NCBI GenBank assembly: GCA_026994225.1
Contig: JALWRI010000121.1
Span: forward strand, 30,630 to 94,629
DNA: 64,000 nt
Reading direction: 5' to 3'
Source of the DNA: Gammaproteobacteria bacterium
GTDB lineage: Bacteria; Pseudomonadota; Gammaproteobacteria; GRL18
Shown: piece after piece, positions 1-9,776 of the stretch
How the letters are laid out: each line of letters opens with the position of its first letter
Numbering within the stretch: position 1 is the stretch's first letter
Notes under the pieces: model-generated
What the model was told of the DNA's origin: nothing
Database searches by the model: none
Seen by the model: only the letters and a program-made list of their open reading frames with translations
Position numbers and translations under genes: made by a program

Positions 1-86
1 TACTACAACGGGAATAATGGAGAAAATCTTGACTTTTCGTTACAATGGTGGGCTATTTCAGTTTATTATTGAAGGTTTTAAGGAAA

Positions 87-1016
87 ATGGAATTAATTCG
101 GGGTTTACATAATTTACGCCCGTTACATCGAAATTGTGTGGCTACAATTGGTAATTTTGATGGGGTACATCTTGGTCATCGTAAAATATTAAGCCGTGCT
201 AAGGTGTTATCTCAAGCTCTGGCAGTGCCTGCTGTTGCTATTATTTTTGAACCCCAGCCACAAGAATTTTTTGCTAAAGAACATGCGCCTGCCCGTTTAA
301 CCCGTTTTAGAGAAAAAATATTAGCAATGCAATCTTGTGATATTGACAGGATATTATGCTTAGTTTTTAATGAACACTTTGCAAGTTTAACAGCAGAGCA
401 ATTTATTCAAAATATATTATTAGATGGCTTGAATATTCAGCATTTAATTGTTGGAGATGATTTTCATTTTGGTAAACAACGTCAAGGTAATTTTTCTTTA
501 CTTGAGCAAGCGGGCAAACAATATGGTTTTGCTGTTGAACGAACTAGCACATTTAGTATTGATACGCAAAGGGTAAGTAGTACCCGTATTCGGGACGCAT
601 TATTTGCAGCCCATTTTCCTTTGGCTAAAAAATTACTGGGGCGAGATTTTTCATTAAGTGGTAAAGTAGAGCATGGTCATCAGCGTGGGCGCACTATCGG
701 TTTTCCTACGGCAAATGTAGCATTAAAACGTAATCGTTCTCCTTTGCAGGGCGTTTTTGCGGTAGCCGTTTATTTTCAGGGGCAACGCTATAATGCGGTA
801 GCTAATATTGGCAAAAGACCTACCGTTGATGGTACACGACAATTATTAGAAGTGCATCTATTGGACTTTTCAGCGAATTTATATCAACAACATCTTGAGG
901 TTATTTTTTTACATAAATTACGAGATGAACAAAAATTTGAAAATTTTTCAGCATTACAAGCACAGATACAATGTGATATAGCGGATGCAAAGCAGTTTTT
1001 TGAACAAAATAAATAA
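87..1016 (+). CDS. ribF: Bifunctional riboflavin kinase / FMN adenylyltransferase
   Basis: ORF 45..1016. '[11 protein letters not shown]' nucleotidyltransferase motif and C-terminal kinase 'GFPTANV'. The E. coli-like N-terminus '[10 protein letters not shown]' starts at the ATG at 87. First gene of the conserved ribF-ileS-lspA-fkpB-ispH order. Confidence 0.93.
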   Translation: MELIRGLHNLRPLHRNCVATIGNFDGVHLGHRKILSRAKVLSQALAVPAVAIIFEPQPQEFFAKEHAPARLTRFREKILAMQSCDIDRILCLVFNEHFASLTAEQFIQNILLDGLNIQHLIVGDDFHFGKQRQGNFSLLEQAGKQYGFAVERTSTFSIDTQRVSSTRIRDALFAAHFPLAKKLLGRDFSLSGKVEHGHQRGRTIGFPTANVALKRNRSPLQGVFAVAVYFQGQRYNAVANIGKRPTVDGTRQLLEVHLLDFSANLYQQHLEVIFLHKLRDEQKFENFSALQAQIQCDIADAKQFFEQNK

Positions 1017-1057
1017 CCCAGTCAGAACCGTTTACGATTTATAGGATACCAGCTACG

Positions 1058-3901
1058 GTGAGTAAAGAAAAACAAGACAGTAAATACAAGCAAACATTGA
1101 ATTTACCCTACACTGATTTCCCTATGAGAGGGAATTTGGCACAACGTGAACCGAAAATGATAGCACAATGGCAAGAACAAAAGTTATATTATCGTTTGCG
1201 TGAAATAGCAAAAGGACGGGAAACGTTTATCCTGCATGATGGTCCTCCGTATGCAAATGGTGATATACATATTGGTCATGCGGTAAATAAAATTTTAAAA
1301 GATATTATTATAAAGTCTAAAACCTTATCGGGTTTTGATGCACCGTATGTCCCTGGTTGGGATTGTCATGGTTTACCGATTGAATTAAATGTGGAAAAAA
1401 AGCTCGGTAAAGTAGGTAATAAAGTTGATGCAAAGACATTTCGCCAAGCCTGTAGGGACTATGCAAAAAAACAAGTAACCGGACAAAGTAAAGATTTTCA
1501 ACGCTTAGGCGTATTAGGCGATTGGGATAATCCGTATTTAACCATGAATTATCAAAATGAAGCCGATATTATCCGTTGTTTAGGCGCTATTATTGAACAA
1601 GGGCATCTACATAAGGGAGCAAAACCCGTACATTGGTGTAGCGATTGTGGTTCTGCATTAGCTGAAGCAGAAGTTGAATATCAAGATAAAGAGTCGATAG
1701 CGATTGATGTGCGTTTTAGTGTGCTAGATAAAGCGGTATTATTAAATAAAGTAGGGGGTAATGTCGATCTTATAGATAGTACATTGCCCATCTATGTAGT
1801 GATTTGGACAACTACACCGTGGACATTACCGGCAAATCAGGCAGTTGCTCTGCATCCAGAGTTAGATTATGTCATCGTATCCAAAGGGGATGAATATCTT
1901 ATTTTAGCAGAAGCCTTGTTAAGTGATAGTATGTCCCGTTATCAACAAGATGATTATATGGTTGTGGCACGTTGTCAAGGACAGGATTTAGAAGGGATAT
2001 TATTAGCGCATCCTTTTTATACCCGTCAAGTACCGATTATTTTAGCCGAGCATGTTACCACCGATGCTGGTACAGGCGCAGTACATACTGCACCAGGACA
2101 TGGTCAGGAAGATTTTGTAGCAGGACAGCAATATGCTTTAGCCGTAGATAATCCTGTTAATGCACACGGGTGTTTTGTAGATGGTACAGAACTTTTTGCA
2201 GGTCTGCATGTTTTTAAGGCAAATCCTATGGTGGTGGAGGTATTACAAGATAAGGGGATGTTGGTACATAAAGAACATATCCAGCATAGTTATCCTTTTT
2301 GTTGGCGACATAAAAAAAACCCCATTATTTTTAGAGCAACCCCACAATGGTTTATCAGTATGGATAAAGCCCATTTGCGGAATAAAGCAATGGCGGCAGT
2401 GAATGAAGTAAGATGGTTACCAGCATGGGGAAAAGAACGCATAGAAAGTATGTTGCGTAATCGTCCAGATTGGTGTATTTCAAGACAACGTACCTGGGGT
2501 GTTCCAATTCCTTTATTTGTGCATACTGATACGGGGGCATTACATCCTGATAGCCCTGCACTATTAGAAAAAGTAGCCAAAAAGGTGGAAGAAAAAGGTA
2601 TTGATGCCTGGTTCTCATTGCAAGCAGAAGAATTACTAGGTGCCCAGGCAAGCGATTATGAGAAAGTAAGCGATACGCTTGATGTATGGTTTGATTCAGG
2701 TGTAACTCATTATAGTGTATTAGATCGGCGTGAAGAATTAGTCTTTCCAGCACAATTATATTTAGAAGGTTCCGATCAACATAGAGGATGGTTTCAGTCA
2801 TCATTATTAACGGCTTTAGCAAGTAAGGGGCAAGCGCCATATCAAGAAGTATTAACACATGGTTTTACTGTGGATGCGAAGGGCGAAAAAATGTCCAAAT
2901 CCAAGGGCAATATTGTTGCACCACAAAAAATTGCAAATACCTTGGGAGCAGATATTTTACGTTTATGGGTTGCATCAACAGATTATAGCGGTGAAATGTC
3001 GGTGTCAGATGAAATTGTGAAACGTACCGCTGATGCTTATCGACGTATCCGTAATACGGCTCGTTTTATGTTGGCAAATTTAGAAGGTTTTGAGCCAGAA
3101 AAAGATGCTCTGGCTACTGCAAATTTATTACCGTTAGATGCGTGGGCTATCGCAAATATGGCAGCCTTACAAGAGAGATTGATTAAAGATTATGATAACT
3201 ATGATTTTCATAATATTTATCAACGCTTACATAATTATTGTTCTGAAGATATGGGAAGTTTTTATTTAGATGTTATTAAAGATAGACAATATACGACACA
3301 AAAAAATAGTATTGCCCGCCGATCAGCACAAACAGCGTTATATCATATTATTGAAGCCTTTAGCCGTTTGATTGCTCCGATCTTGAGTTTTACTGCAGAG
3401 GAAATTTGGGGGTATATTCCAGGGCAGGTAGAACGGGAAAAATCAGTATTTTTCACACAATGGTATCGCTTGCCAGCGGTAGCATTACCTGCAAGCTTGT
3501 CGATGTCATACTGGCAAGATTTATTACAAGTTCGGGTAGCCGTAAATAAAGCTTTGGAAACATTACGGAGTCAAAAAGTGATTGGGTCTTCATTAGATGC
3601 CGTTGTAACATTATATTGTGAAGAGGCTTTATACGATAAATTATACTATTTAGGTGATGAATTGCGTTTTGCCTTAATTACTTCGTATGCAGCAGTGAAA
3701 CCTGCAACAGAACGAGATGAAAATAGTCATCCTACAGAGTATGAGGGATTATGGTTGGCAGTAGCTGCATGTAAGGAGAAAAAATGTGAACGATGTTGGC
3801 ATCGACGTGAAGATGTAGGAACTATCGCAACGCATCCTACGTTATGTGGACGGTGTGTAAGCAATGTAGAAGGGGAAGGAGAACTTCGGAGTTTTGTTTG
3901 A
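1058..3901 (+). CDS. ileS: Isoleucyl-tRNA synthetase
   Basis: 947 aa with a GTG start. Carries 'HIGH'-type '[11 protein letters not shown]', 'KMSKS' and a C-terminal Zn-finger (CxxC...CxRC). N-terminus '[20 protein letters not shown]' is typical of IleS. Confidence 0.97.
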   Translation: MSKEKQDSKYKQTLNLPYTDFPMRGNLAQREPKMIAQWQEQKLYYRLREIAKGRETFILHDGPPYANGDIHIGHAVNKILKDIIIKSKTLSGFDAPYVPGWDCHGLPIELNVEKKLGKVGNKVDAKTFRQACRDYAKKQVTGQSKDFQRLGVLGDWDNPYLTMNYQNEADIIRCLGAIIEQGHLHKGAKPVHWCSDCGSALAEAEVEYQDKESIAIDVRFSVLDKAVLLNKVGGNVDLIDSTLPIYVVIWTTTPWTLPANQAVALHPELDYVIVSKGDEYLILAEALLSDSMSRYQQDDYMVVARCQGQDLEGILLAHPFYTRQVPIILAEHVTTDAGTGAVHTAPGHGQEDFVAGQQYALAVDNPVNAHGCFVDGTELFAGLHVFKANPMVVEVLQDKGMLVHKEHIQHSYPFCWRHKKNPIIFRATPQWFISMDKAHLRNKAMAAVNEVRWLPAWGKERIESMLRNRPDWCISRQRTWGVPIPLFVHTDTGALHPDSPALLEKVAKKVEEKGIDAWFSLQAEELLGAQASDYEKVSDTLDVWFDSGVTHYSVLDRREELVFPAQLYLEGSDQHRGWFQSSLLTALASKGQAPYQEVLTHGFTVDAKGEKMSKSKGNIVAPQKIANTLGADILRLWVASTDYSGEMSVSDEIVKRTADAYRRIRNTARFMLANLEGFEPEKDALATANLLPLDAWAIANMAALQERLIKDYDNYDFHNIYQRLHNYCSEDMGSFYLDVIKDRQYTTQKNSIARRSAQTALYHIIEAFSRLIAPILSFTAEEIWGYIPGQVEREKSVFFTQWYRLPAVALPASLSMSYWQDLLQVRVAVNKALETLRSQKVIGSSLDAVVTLYCEEALYDKLYYLGDELRFALITSYAAVKPATERDENSHPTEYEGLWLAVAACKEKKCERCWHRREDVGTIATHPTLCGRCVSNVEGEGELRSFV

Positions 3902-4410
3902 TGAGACAAAGTAAATGGTTATTATTAAGTCTATTGATTATTATTGCGGATATAGGAAGTAAATATGCTTTTAGTGAAACCTTTTATTTAGGGGAAACGT
4001 TGCCGGTTATGCCTTTTTTTAATATCACGCTAGTACATAATTACGGTATGGCGTTTGGTTTATTAAGTGAGCAAGGGGGTTGGCAACGGTGGTTTTTAGC
4101 GGCTATTGCCTTGTTGGTAGGGATAGTAATTATTATATGGATCATACGATTAAAATCTAATGAAACGCTGTTAGCCATTTCGCTTTCTTGTATTTTAGGG
4201 GGAGCATTAGGAAATTTAATTGATCGGATTTATTTAGGTTATGTGGTAGATTTTATTGATGTATTTATAAATACATGGCATTGGCCTAGCTTTAATATAG
4301 CCGATATTGCAATTAGTATTGGTACGGGTTTGTTATTAATAGATGCTTATTTGCAGTATAAAAAAGAAAAAATAGAGAACAATGAGGCTAAAAATAATAA
4401 TGACACATAA
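3901..4410 (+). CDS. lspA: Lipoprotein signal peptidase (signal peptidase II)
   Basis: ORF 3844..4410. The likely start is the ATG at 3901, overlapping the ileS TGA by 1 nt (TGATG). Multi-TM protein with 'NxGxAFG' ('HNYGMAFGLL') and 'FNIADIAI' motifs. Confidence 0.9.
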   Translation: MRQSKWLLLSLLIIIADIGSKYAFSETFYLGETLPVMPFFNITLVHNYGMAFGLLSEQGGWQRWFLAAIALLVGIVIIIWIIRLKSNETLLAISLSCILGGALGNLIDRIYLGYVVDFIDVFINTWHWPSFNIADIAISIGTGLLLIDAYLQYKKEKIENNEAKNNNDT

Positions 4411-4828
4411 TAAGGTGATGGAAGAAGGAACCAAAGTCGCTATTTATTTTACTTTAGCACTTGGTACGGGTGAGATAGTAGAAAGCAGTACCGATCAATT
4501 ATTGCAATTTACTTTGGGTGATGGTTCTATGGCCGCCCCTTTAGAAGCGGTTATTAGTCAAATGCAAACAGGAGATAAACAACAAGTTACATTACAAAAG
4601 CCCTTTGGTGAAGTAGATGAAGCGTATTTGCAATGGCTGGATAAAAGTTACTTTGATCCCAAACTTCCCCTGGAAGAAGGCTTGATTATGGCTTTTTCTA
4701 CGCCCAAATCAGGAGAGTATAACGGGACGTTAATGCAAATTGATGAGGATCAAGTGCAGGTCGATTTTAATCATCCATTAGCAGGGCAAGATATTATCTT
4801 TAGTGTAGAATTAGTACAGGCTGGATAA
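4382..4828 (+). CDS. fkpB: FKBP-type peptidyl-prolyl cis-trans isomerase (FkpB/SlpA-like)
   Basis: '[19 protein letters not shown]' is the typical FkpB/SlyD-family C-terminus, and the gene sits between lspA and ispH. Start uncertain (ATG at 4382, 4400 or 4418). Confidence 0.85.
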   Translation: MRLKIIMTHNKVMEEGTKVAIYFTLALGTGEIVESSTDQLLQFTLGDGSMAAPLEAVISQMQTGDKQQVTLQKPFGEVDEAYLQWLDKSYFDPKLPLEEGLIMAFSTPKSGEYNGTLMQIDEDQVQVDFNHPLAGQDIIFSVELVQAG

Positions 4829-4829
4829 T

Positions 4830-5819
4830 ATGCAGGTTAATTTAGCATCTCCTCGAGGGTTTTGTGCTGGCGTAGATAGAGCAATAGAAATTGTAGAAAG
4901 AGCATTGGAATTACTTGATCCGCCTATTTATGTTTTTCACGAAGTGGTACATAATCGTTATGTTGTCGATAGTTTAAAGGAAAAAGGGGCTATTTTTGTA
5001 GAGGATATTGCCGCTATTCCTTCTCATTCAACTGTCATTTTTAGCGCACATGGTGTATCAAAAGCCATCTGTGAACAAGCAAATAAACGAAATTTAAGAA
5101 TATTTGATGCCACCTGCCCATTGGTGACTAAAGTACATTTAGAAGTGGCACGTTATAGCCGTGAGCAATATGAGTGTATATTAATTGGACATGATGGGCA
5201 TCCTGAGGTAGAAGGTACAAAAGGACAATATCAGCAAGGGCAATCTGGTGAAGGGGGGATTTATTTGGTAGAAAACGTAGCAGATGTTGCAAGGTTAAAA
5301 GTAAATAATCCAGAGAAACTAGCTTATGTTACACAAACCACACTATCGGTAAATGATACACAACGTATTATCGAAGCCTTATTACAACGTTTTCCTGCCA
5401 TGCAAAGTCCTAAAAAAGAAGATATTTGTTATGCTACGCAAAATCGTCAAGATGCAGTAAAAACCCTGGCACAACATAATGATGTAGTATTAGTAGTAGG
5501 TTCAGTGAATAGTTCCAATTCTAATCGCTTAAGAGAAGTAGCGGCACAACAAAATTGTAATGCTTATTTAATTGATAATGCAGATGAAATACGCCCTCAA
5601 TGGTTACTGGAAGCAAAACAAATAGGTGTTACAGCAGGGGCTTCTGCGCCAGAAATATTAGTTCAGGAAGTATGTCAACGATTAGTGCAATTAGGGGCAG
5701 ATAATATTGTAGCATTACCTGGAGTAGAAGAAACCATCACCTTTGTATTGCCTAAATCATTAAGGAAAAAAAAGGAAAAGCATCATTATGACGCAAGCAA
5801 AGCCCATATCACTGGATAA
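4830..5819 (+). CDS. ispH: 4-hydroxy-3-methylbut-2-enyl diphosphate reductase
   Basis: N-terminus '[14 protein letters not shown]', then '[12 protein letters not shown]' and 'SSNSNRL' motifs with three conserved Cys. About 15 aa K-rich C-terminal extension overlapping the next ORF. Confidence 0.95.
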   Translation: MQVNLASPRGFCAGVDRAIEIVERALELLDPPIYVFHEVVHNRYVVDSLKEKGAIFVEDIAAIPSHSTVIFSAHGVSKAICEQANKRNLRIFDATCPLVTKVHLEVARYSREQYECILIGHDGHPEVEGTKGQYQQGQSGEGGIYLVENVADVARLKVNNPEKLAYVTQTTLSVNDTQRIIEALLQRFPAMQSPKKEDICYATQNRQDAVKTLAQHNDVVLVVGSVNSSNSNRLREVAAQQNCNAYLIDNADEIRPQWLLEAKQIGVTAGASAPEILVQEVCQRLVQLGADNIVALPGVEETITFVLPKSLRKKKEKHHYDASKAHITG

Positions 5820-6867
5820 ACAGGCAATAGTAAAATTTTTTCCTTTTAATACCTTGTCAGATACCCATTTGAACGAGGTATTTAGAAAAATACATGCCTT
5901 TGAATATGCAGAAAATACCGTATTATTTAAGCGAGGAGAACAACAACAGCAACGCTTTTATTTATTATCTGGAAAGGTAAATAAAATAGATAAAAACTAT
6001 GTCATTCGCCCTTTTTCTGCACAGGATAAAGAGAATGTTGATACGCTAGATGATCAAGATCCTTATCAATATACGGTGATTGTAATAGAAAAAAGTATTA
6101 TTTTTTATGTAGAACAAAATTATTTGGATTTAGTATTAACGTGGTCACAAGAAAGTAGCTTTTTGGAAAATACTTTAACTTGGAAACAAGAAGGTGGGTA
6201 TCAAGTTGCTGTTATTGATGAAGTGGTAGGATCGAATGATGATGATGACTGGATGTCGGTATTGTTACAATCGCATTTATTTGAGCAAATTCCTCCTATG
6301 CATATACAGGAGTTATTTATTAGTTTTGAAAGGATAGAAGTAAAAGAAAAAGATATTATTCTGACAGAAGGAGCAAAAGGTGATTATTTTTATGTTATTA
6401 GTCAAGGGGTAGCGGGCGTATATAGAACAAAAGGTGAACAGTTTGAGCATCTCGCTGATTTATCTCCAGGCGCATTTTTTGGAGAAGATGCCTTAATTGC
6501 AGATACTGCCAGAAATGCCAGTGTATTAATGCGTAGTGATGGGTTATTAATGCGTTTATCTAAAGAAAAGTTTAAACATTTACTTGAAACGCCTATATTG
6601 CATTATATAAGTATCGATGAAGCAAAATTATTGATAGCGGATAAAATGCAAAAAACTCTTTTGATTGATATACGGTTACCACAAGAATTTAAAAACAAAA
6701 ATTTAAAGGGGAGTATTAATGTACCATTATTAGTGTTAAGAAAAACGCTCACATCACTAAATTCTGATACATATTATTTAATCAGCCCTTTAGGAAATAA
6801 ACGTTGTGAAGTGGCTGCATATATTATGAAACAAGCTGGTTTTAATGCTTCTATTGTAAAGGTTTAA
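5788..6867 (+). CDS. Tandem cyclic-nucleotide-binding-like domains fused to a C-terminal rhodanese-like domain
   Basis: Second CNB domain has '[10 protein letters not shown]...FFGEDALI...RNASV'. The N-terminal CNB-like domain is degenerate. The C-terminus '[23 protein letters not shown]' is rhodanese-like. Confidence 0.7.
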   Translation: MTQAKPISLDKQAIVKFFPFNTLSDTHLNEVFRKIHAFEYAENTVLFKRGEQQQQRFYLLSGKVNKIDKNYVIRPFSAQDKENVDTLDDQDPYQYTVIVIEKSIIFYVEQNYLDLVLTWSQESSFLENTLTWKQEGGYQVAVIDEVVGSNDDDDWMSVLLQSHLFEQIPPMHIQELFISFERIEVKEKDIILTEGAKGDYFYVISQGVAGVYRTKGEQFEHLADLSPGAFFGEDALIADTARNASVLMRSDGLLMRLSKEKFKHLLETPILHYISIDEAKLLIADKMQKTLLIDIRLPQEFKNKNLKGSINVPLLVLRKTLTSLNSDTYYLISPLGNKRCEVAAYIMKQAGFNASIVKV

Positions 6868-6874
6868 TGGTAGC

Positions 6875-7399
6875 TCCGCCCGTACTAGAGGCAAAGTAGG
6901 AGATACAATAGCAAAGCAGAAAGAAATACAAGAAGAATCGCTGGAAAAATAACTTTGGAAATCAGCAGATAAACTTAGAAAAAATATTAATTCCGCTGAA
7001 TGCAAGCATGTTGTTTTGGGATTGATTTTTCTAAAATATATCTCTGATGCCTTCGAGGAGTTGTATGCCACATTAAAAGCGGGGGAAGGTGAATATGCGG
7101 GAGCTGATCCCGAAGATAAGGACGAATACAAAGCCGAAAATGTCTTTTTTGTACCACAAGATGCCCGCTGGTCGCACCTGCAAGCCCATGCCAAGCAACC
7201 CACTATCGGTAAAACCGTTGATAAGGCAATGGATGCCATTGAAAAGGAAAACACTTCATTAAAAGGCGTGCTGCCTAAAGTCTACGCCCGTCAAAACCTC
7301 GACCCAACCAGCCTGGGCGAACTGATTGATCTTATCAGAAATATCGCTTTAGGTGATGCTAAATCCCGTAGCGCCGATGTGCTAGGGCATGTGTTTGAA
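6875..7399 (+). pseudogene. hsdM: Type I R-M methyltransferase subunit HsdM, N-terminal fragment only (in-frame TAA at 6950-6952, catalytic domain deleted)
   Basis: '[39 protein letters not shown]...ADVLGHVFE' is the HsdM N-terminal domain. There is no plausible start codon, a nonsense codon is present, and the sequence switches to HsdS-like at about 7400. Confidence 0.8.
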
Positions 7400-8030
7400 C
7401 AAATGGCAGAAACGCTGTTTCGGCAGTGGTTTGTGATCGATGCGCGGGAGGATTGGGAGGAGAAGCCTTTATCTTTTTTTGGAGATATTGTTTGTGGTAA
7501 AACCCCGTCTAAAAAGAAACCAGAGTATTATCAAGGCAAAATACCATTTATAAAAATTCCTGATATGCACGGCAATAGTTATGTTTTTAATACAACAGAT
7601 ACTCTGACAGAAGAAGGTAGTAATTCACAAAAAAACAAGTTATTACCACTAAAATCAATATGTGTAAGTTGTATTGCTACAGTAGGGTTAGTTTCCTTAA
7701 CAACAAAAAATAGCCATACCAATCAACAGATAAATTCCATTGTTCCACATAAGAATGAATAATGAATATAGGTATTATTTGTTTTTACAGATGAAATCTT
7801 CATATAATTTACTACATGCTATGGCAAGTGCTGGAACAGCAACATTAAATTTAAATACTGGTAATTTTTCGAAAATAGAAATTCCACTACCTGATGAAAT
7901 AATATTGCAAGGGTTTCATAACGAAGTGGAACCATTATTTGATAAAATATATAAAAATCAAACCCAAATCCGCACTCTGGAATCCCTCCTGCCTAAATTA
8001 ATGTCAGGTGAAATAAGGGTGAAATTTTAA
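7400..8030 (+). pseudogene. hsdS: Type I R-M specificity subunit HsdS, distal half only, frameshifted near 7765
   Basis: '[10 protein letters not shown]...[24 protein letters not shown]...NQQINSIVP' (TRD). After a frame change comes 'GTATLNLNTGNFSKIEIPLP...LLPKLMSGEIRV', the conserved HsdS C-terminal helix. Confidence 0.8.
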
Positions 8031-8032
8031 TC

Positions 8033-8716
8033 ATGGAAAAATATCTAAATAAATATCGAACAACATCCACACGGCTGCAGAATTGGGATTATCGGTGGGC
8101 TGGGGCGTATTTTATTACCATCTGTACCCATAATCGCGTCCATTATTTTGGTGGAATTGATAACGAAAAAATGAAATTATCCAATATCGGTATCATTGCC
8201 GATATTTTGTGGTATGAAATAAAAAACCATGCCCGGAATATTGAATTGGGGGAATATATTGTCATGCCAAACCATATTCACGGAATTTTGATTTTGAATC
8301 ATGATGATACCGATACCGATACCGATACCGTAGAGACAAGGCATGCCTTGTCTCTACCATCACCATCACCATCACCATCACCATCACCATCACCATCACC
8401 ATCACCATCACCATCACCACAATCAAAAACAATAGGACAAAAACGATTTCAAAATCAGGGAAAAAATACCATTTCGTCAATTATTGGTTCGTACAAATCG
8501 GCGGTGACAAAACACGCCCACCGTTTGGGTTATGATTTTAAATGGCAACCCCGTTTTTGGGATCATATTATCCGCAATGAAGATAAATACCAACGCATTG
8601 CCCAATATATTATGAATAACCCCAAACAATGGGCGATGGATAAATTAAATAATGGCGTTGCTAATCAGGTGTTAGAAACATCAGCAAGATACAATCATGA
8701 GGAATGGATGATATGA
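8033..8716 (+). CDS. IS200-like HUH/Y1 transposase family protein (REP-associated tyrosine transposase, RAYT-like) with an internal repeat insert
   Basis: HUH motif 'MPNHIHGILIL'. Downstream Tyr region 'IIGSYKSAVTKHA' and 'RFWDHIIRNEDKYQRIAQYIMNNPKQW'. Starts 2 nt after the hsdS stop. Confidence 0.8.
   Translation: MEKYLNKYRTTSTRLQNWDYRWAGAYFITICTHNRVHYFGGIDNEKMKLSNIGIIADILWYEIKNHARNIELGEYIVMPNHIHGILILNHDDTDTDTDTVETRHALSLPSPSPSPSPSPSPSPSPSPSPQSKTIGQKRFQNQGKNTISSIIGSYKSAVTKHAHRLGYDFKWQPRFWDHIIRNEDKYQRIAQYIMNNPKQWAMDKLNNGVANQVLETSARYNHEEWMI
8306..8329. repeat. (GATACC)x4 microsatellite inside the RAYT-like ORF (encodes DTDTDTDT)
   Basis: Read directly: gataccgataccgataccgatacc. Confidence 0.97.
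8330..8357. repeat. 28-nt perfect palindrome GTAGAGACAAGGCATGCCTTGTCTCTAC (encodes VETRHALSL)
   Basis: Identical to its own reverse complement. Lies between the two microsatellites. Confidence 0.97.
8358..8419. repeat. (CATCAC)x10 microsatellite inside the RAYT-like ORF (encodes about (PS)10P)
   Basis: Read directly. Ten perfect hexamers from 8358 to 8417 plus a partial unit. Confidence 0.97.
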
Positions 8717-8780
8717 GCTAGTAGCCACCTTTTGAAATGGCTCCCGCCATCCTGAATTACAAAAAAAGAGAAAATTAAGC

Positions 8781-9776
8781 ATGCAAGATCAAATCGTTAT
8801 TTATCAATCTAAAGGAGGGCAGGCTCAAGTTGAACTTCGTTTGGAGCAAAACACTTTTTGGTTATCTCAAAAACAAATGGCTGTTTTATTTGACAAAGAC
8901 AGTGATACGATTGGTTTACATCTTAAAAAAATATATAAAGAAGGTGAATTGGATGAAAAGGCAACTACCGAGCAATACTCGGTAGTTCGTCAGGAAGGTA
9001 AGCGTCAGGTTAGACGCAACATTAAGCATTACAATCTCGATGCCATTATCTCCGTTGGCTACCGTGTCAATTCCAAACAAGGCACGCAATTTCGCATCTG
9101 GGCAACACAACATCTAAAAAACATTCTGATTCAAGGCTACAGCCTGCATCAACAACGCTTTGAACAAAACGCCCAAACCTTGCAACAAGCCCTGAAACTG
9201 ATTGAAAAAACCGTAAAATCGCCAGATTTAACGTTGAATGCAGGTCGTAGTTTAACCGAGATTGTCAGCCGTTATACGCAAACCTTTTTATGGCTACAAC
9301 GCTATGATGAAGGCTTGCTGGACGAACCCAAAGGGCAAGTAGGCGGAGATTTACCCAGCCCTGAGGAGGCAATGCAAGCCTTAATGACCTTAAAACAGGA
9401 TTTAATCGCTCGCAAACAAGCCACCGATTTATTCGCCAGACCCCGCAGTGATAGTTTGGCAGGTATTTTTGGTAATCTCAATCAAAGTGTTTTTGGCGAA
9501 GCAGCATACCCTACGATAGAAAGCAAAGCCGCCCATTTGTTGTATTTTGTGGTAAAAAACCACCCGTTTTCCGATGGCAATAAACGCAGTGGCGCATTTT
9601 TATTTGTCGATTTTCTCAATCGCAATGGACGATTACTCAATCAGTAAGGCGAGCCAGTGATTAATGATACAGGCTTGGCGGCGTTAAGCTTGCTGGTTGC
9701 AGAATCCGACCCCAAGCAAAAAGAAACGATAATTCATTTGATTATGCAGATGTTAAACAGGAAGGATGATGAATAA
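8781..9776 (+). pseudogene. RhuM-family N-terminal domain fused to a Fic/DOC domain, interrupted by an in-frame TAA at 9645-9647
   Basis: N-terminus 'HYNLDAIISVGYRVNSKQGTQFRIWATQ' is RhuM-like. Fic motif 'HPFSDGNKRSG' is present. After the TAA the same frame continues as 'GEPVINDTGLAALSLLVAESDPKQKE...' to the TAA at 9774-9776. Confidence 0.7.

Noticed and set aside
2181-2858. ORFs 2181..2402(+), 2290..2580(-) and 2355..2858(-) inside ileS
   Set aside because: They are embedded in a strongly conserved ileS frame and their translations are unrecognisable, so they are spurious.
6790-7254. Minus-strand ORF of 154 aa
   Set aside because: It is antisense to the rhodanese-domain gene end and the hsdM fragment. 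It is Ser/Cys-rich low-complexity sequence with no motif.
8358-8419. The (CATCAC)n tract as a CRISPR-like array or a phase-variation frameshift switch
   Set aside because: It has a 6-nt unit with no spacers, so it is not CRISPR. The period is a multiple of 3, so slippage cannot switch the frame on or off and only changes linker length.
8262-8480. Minus-strand ORF (72 aa) with '(VM)n' and 'RYRYRY' runs
   Set aside because: It is the antisense shadow of the microsatellites inside the RAYT-like gene. It has no independent coding signal.
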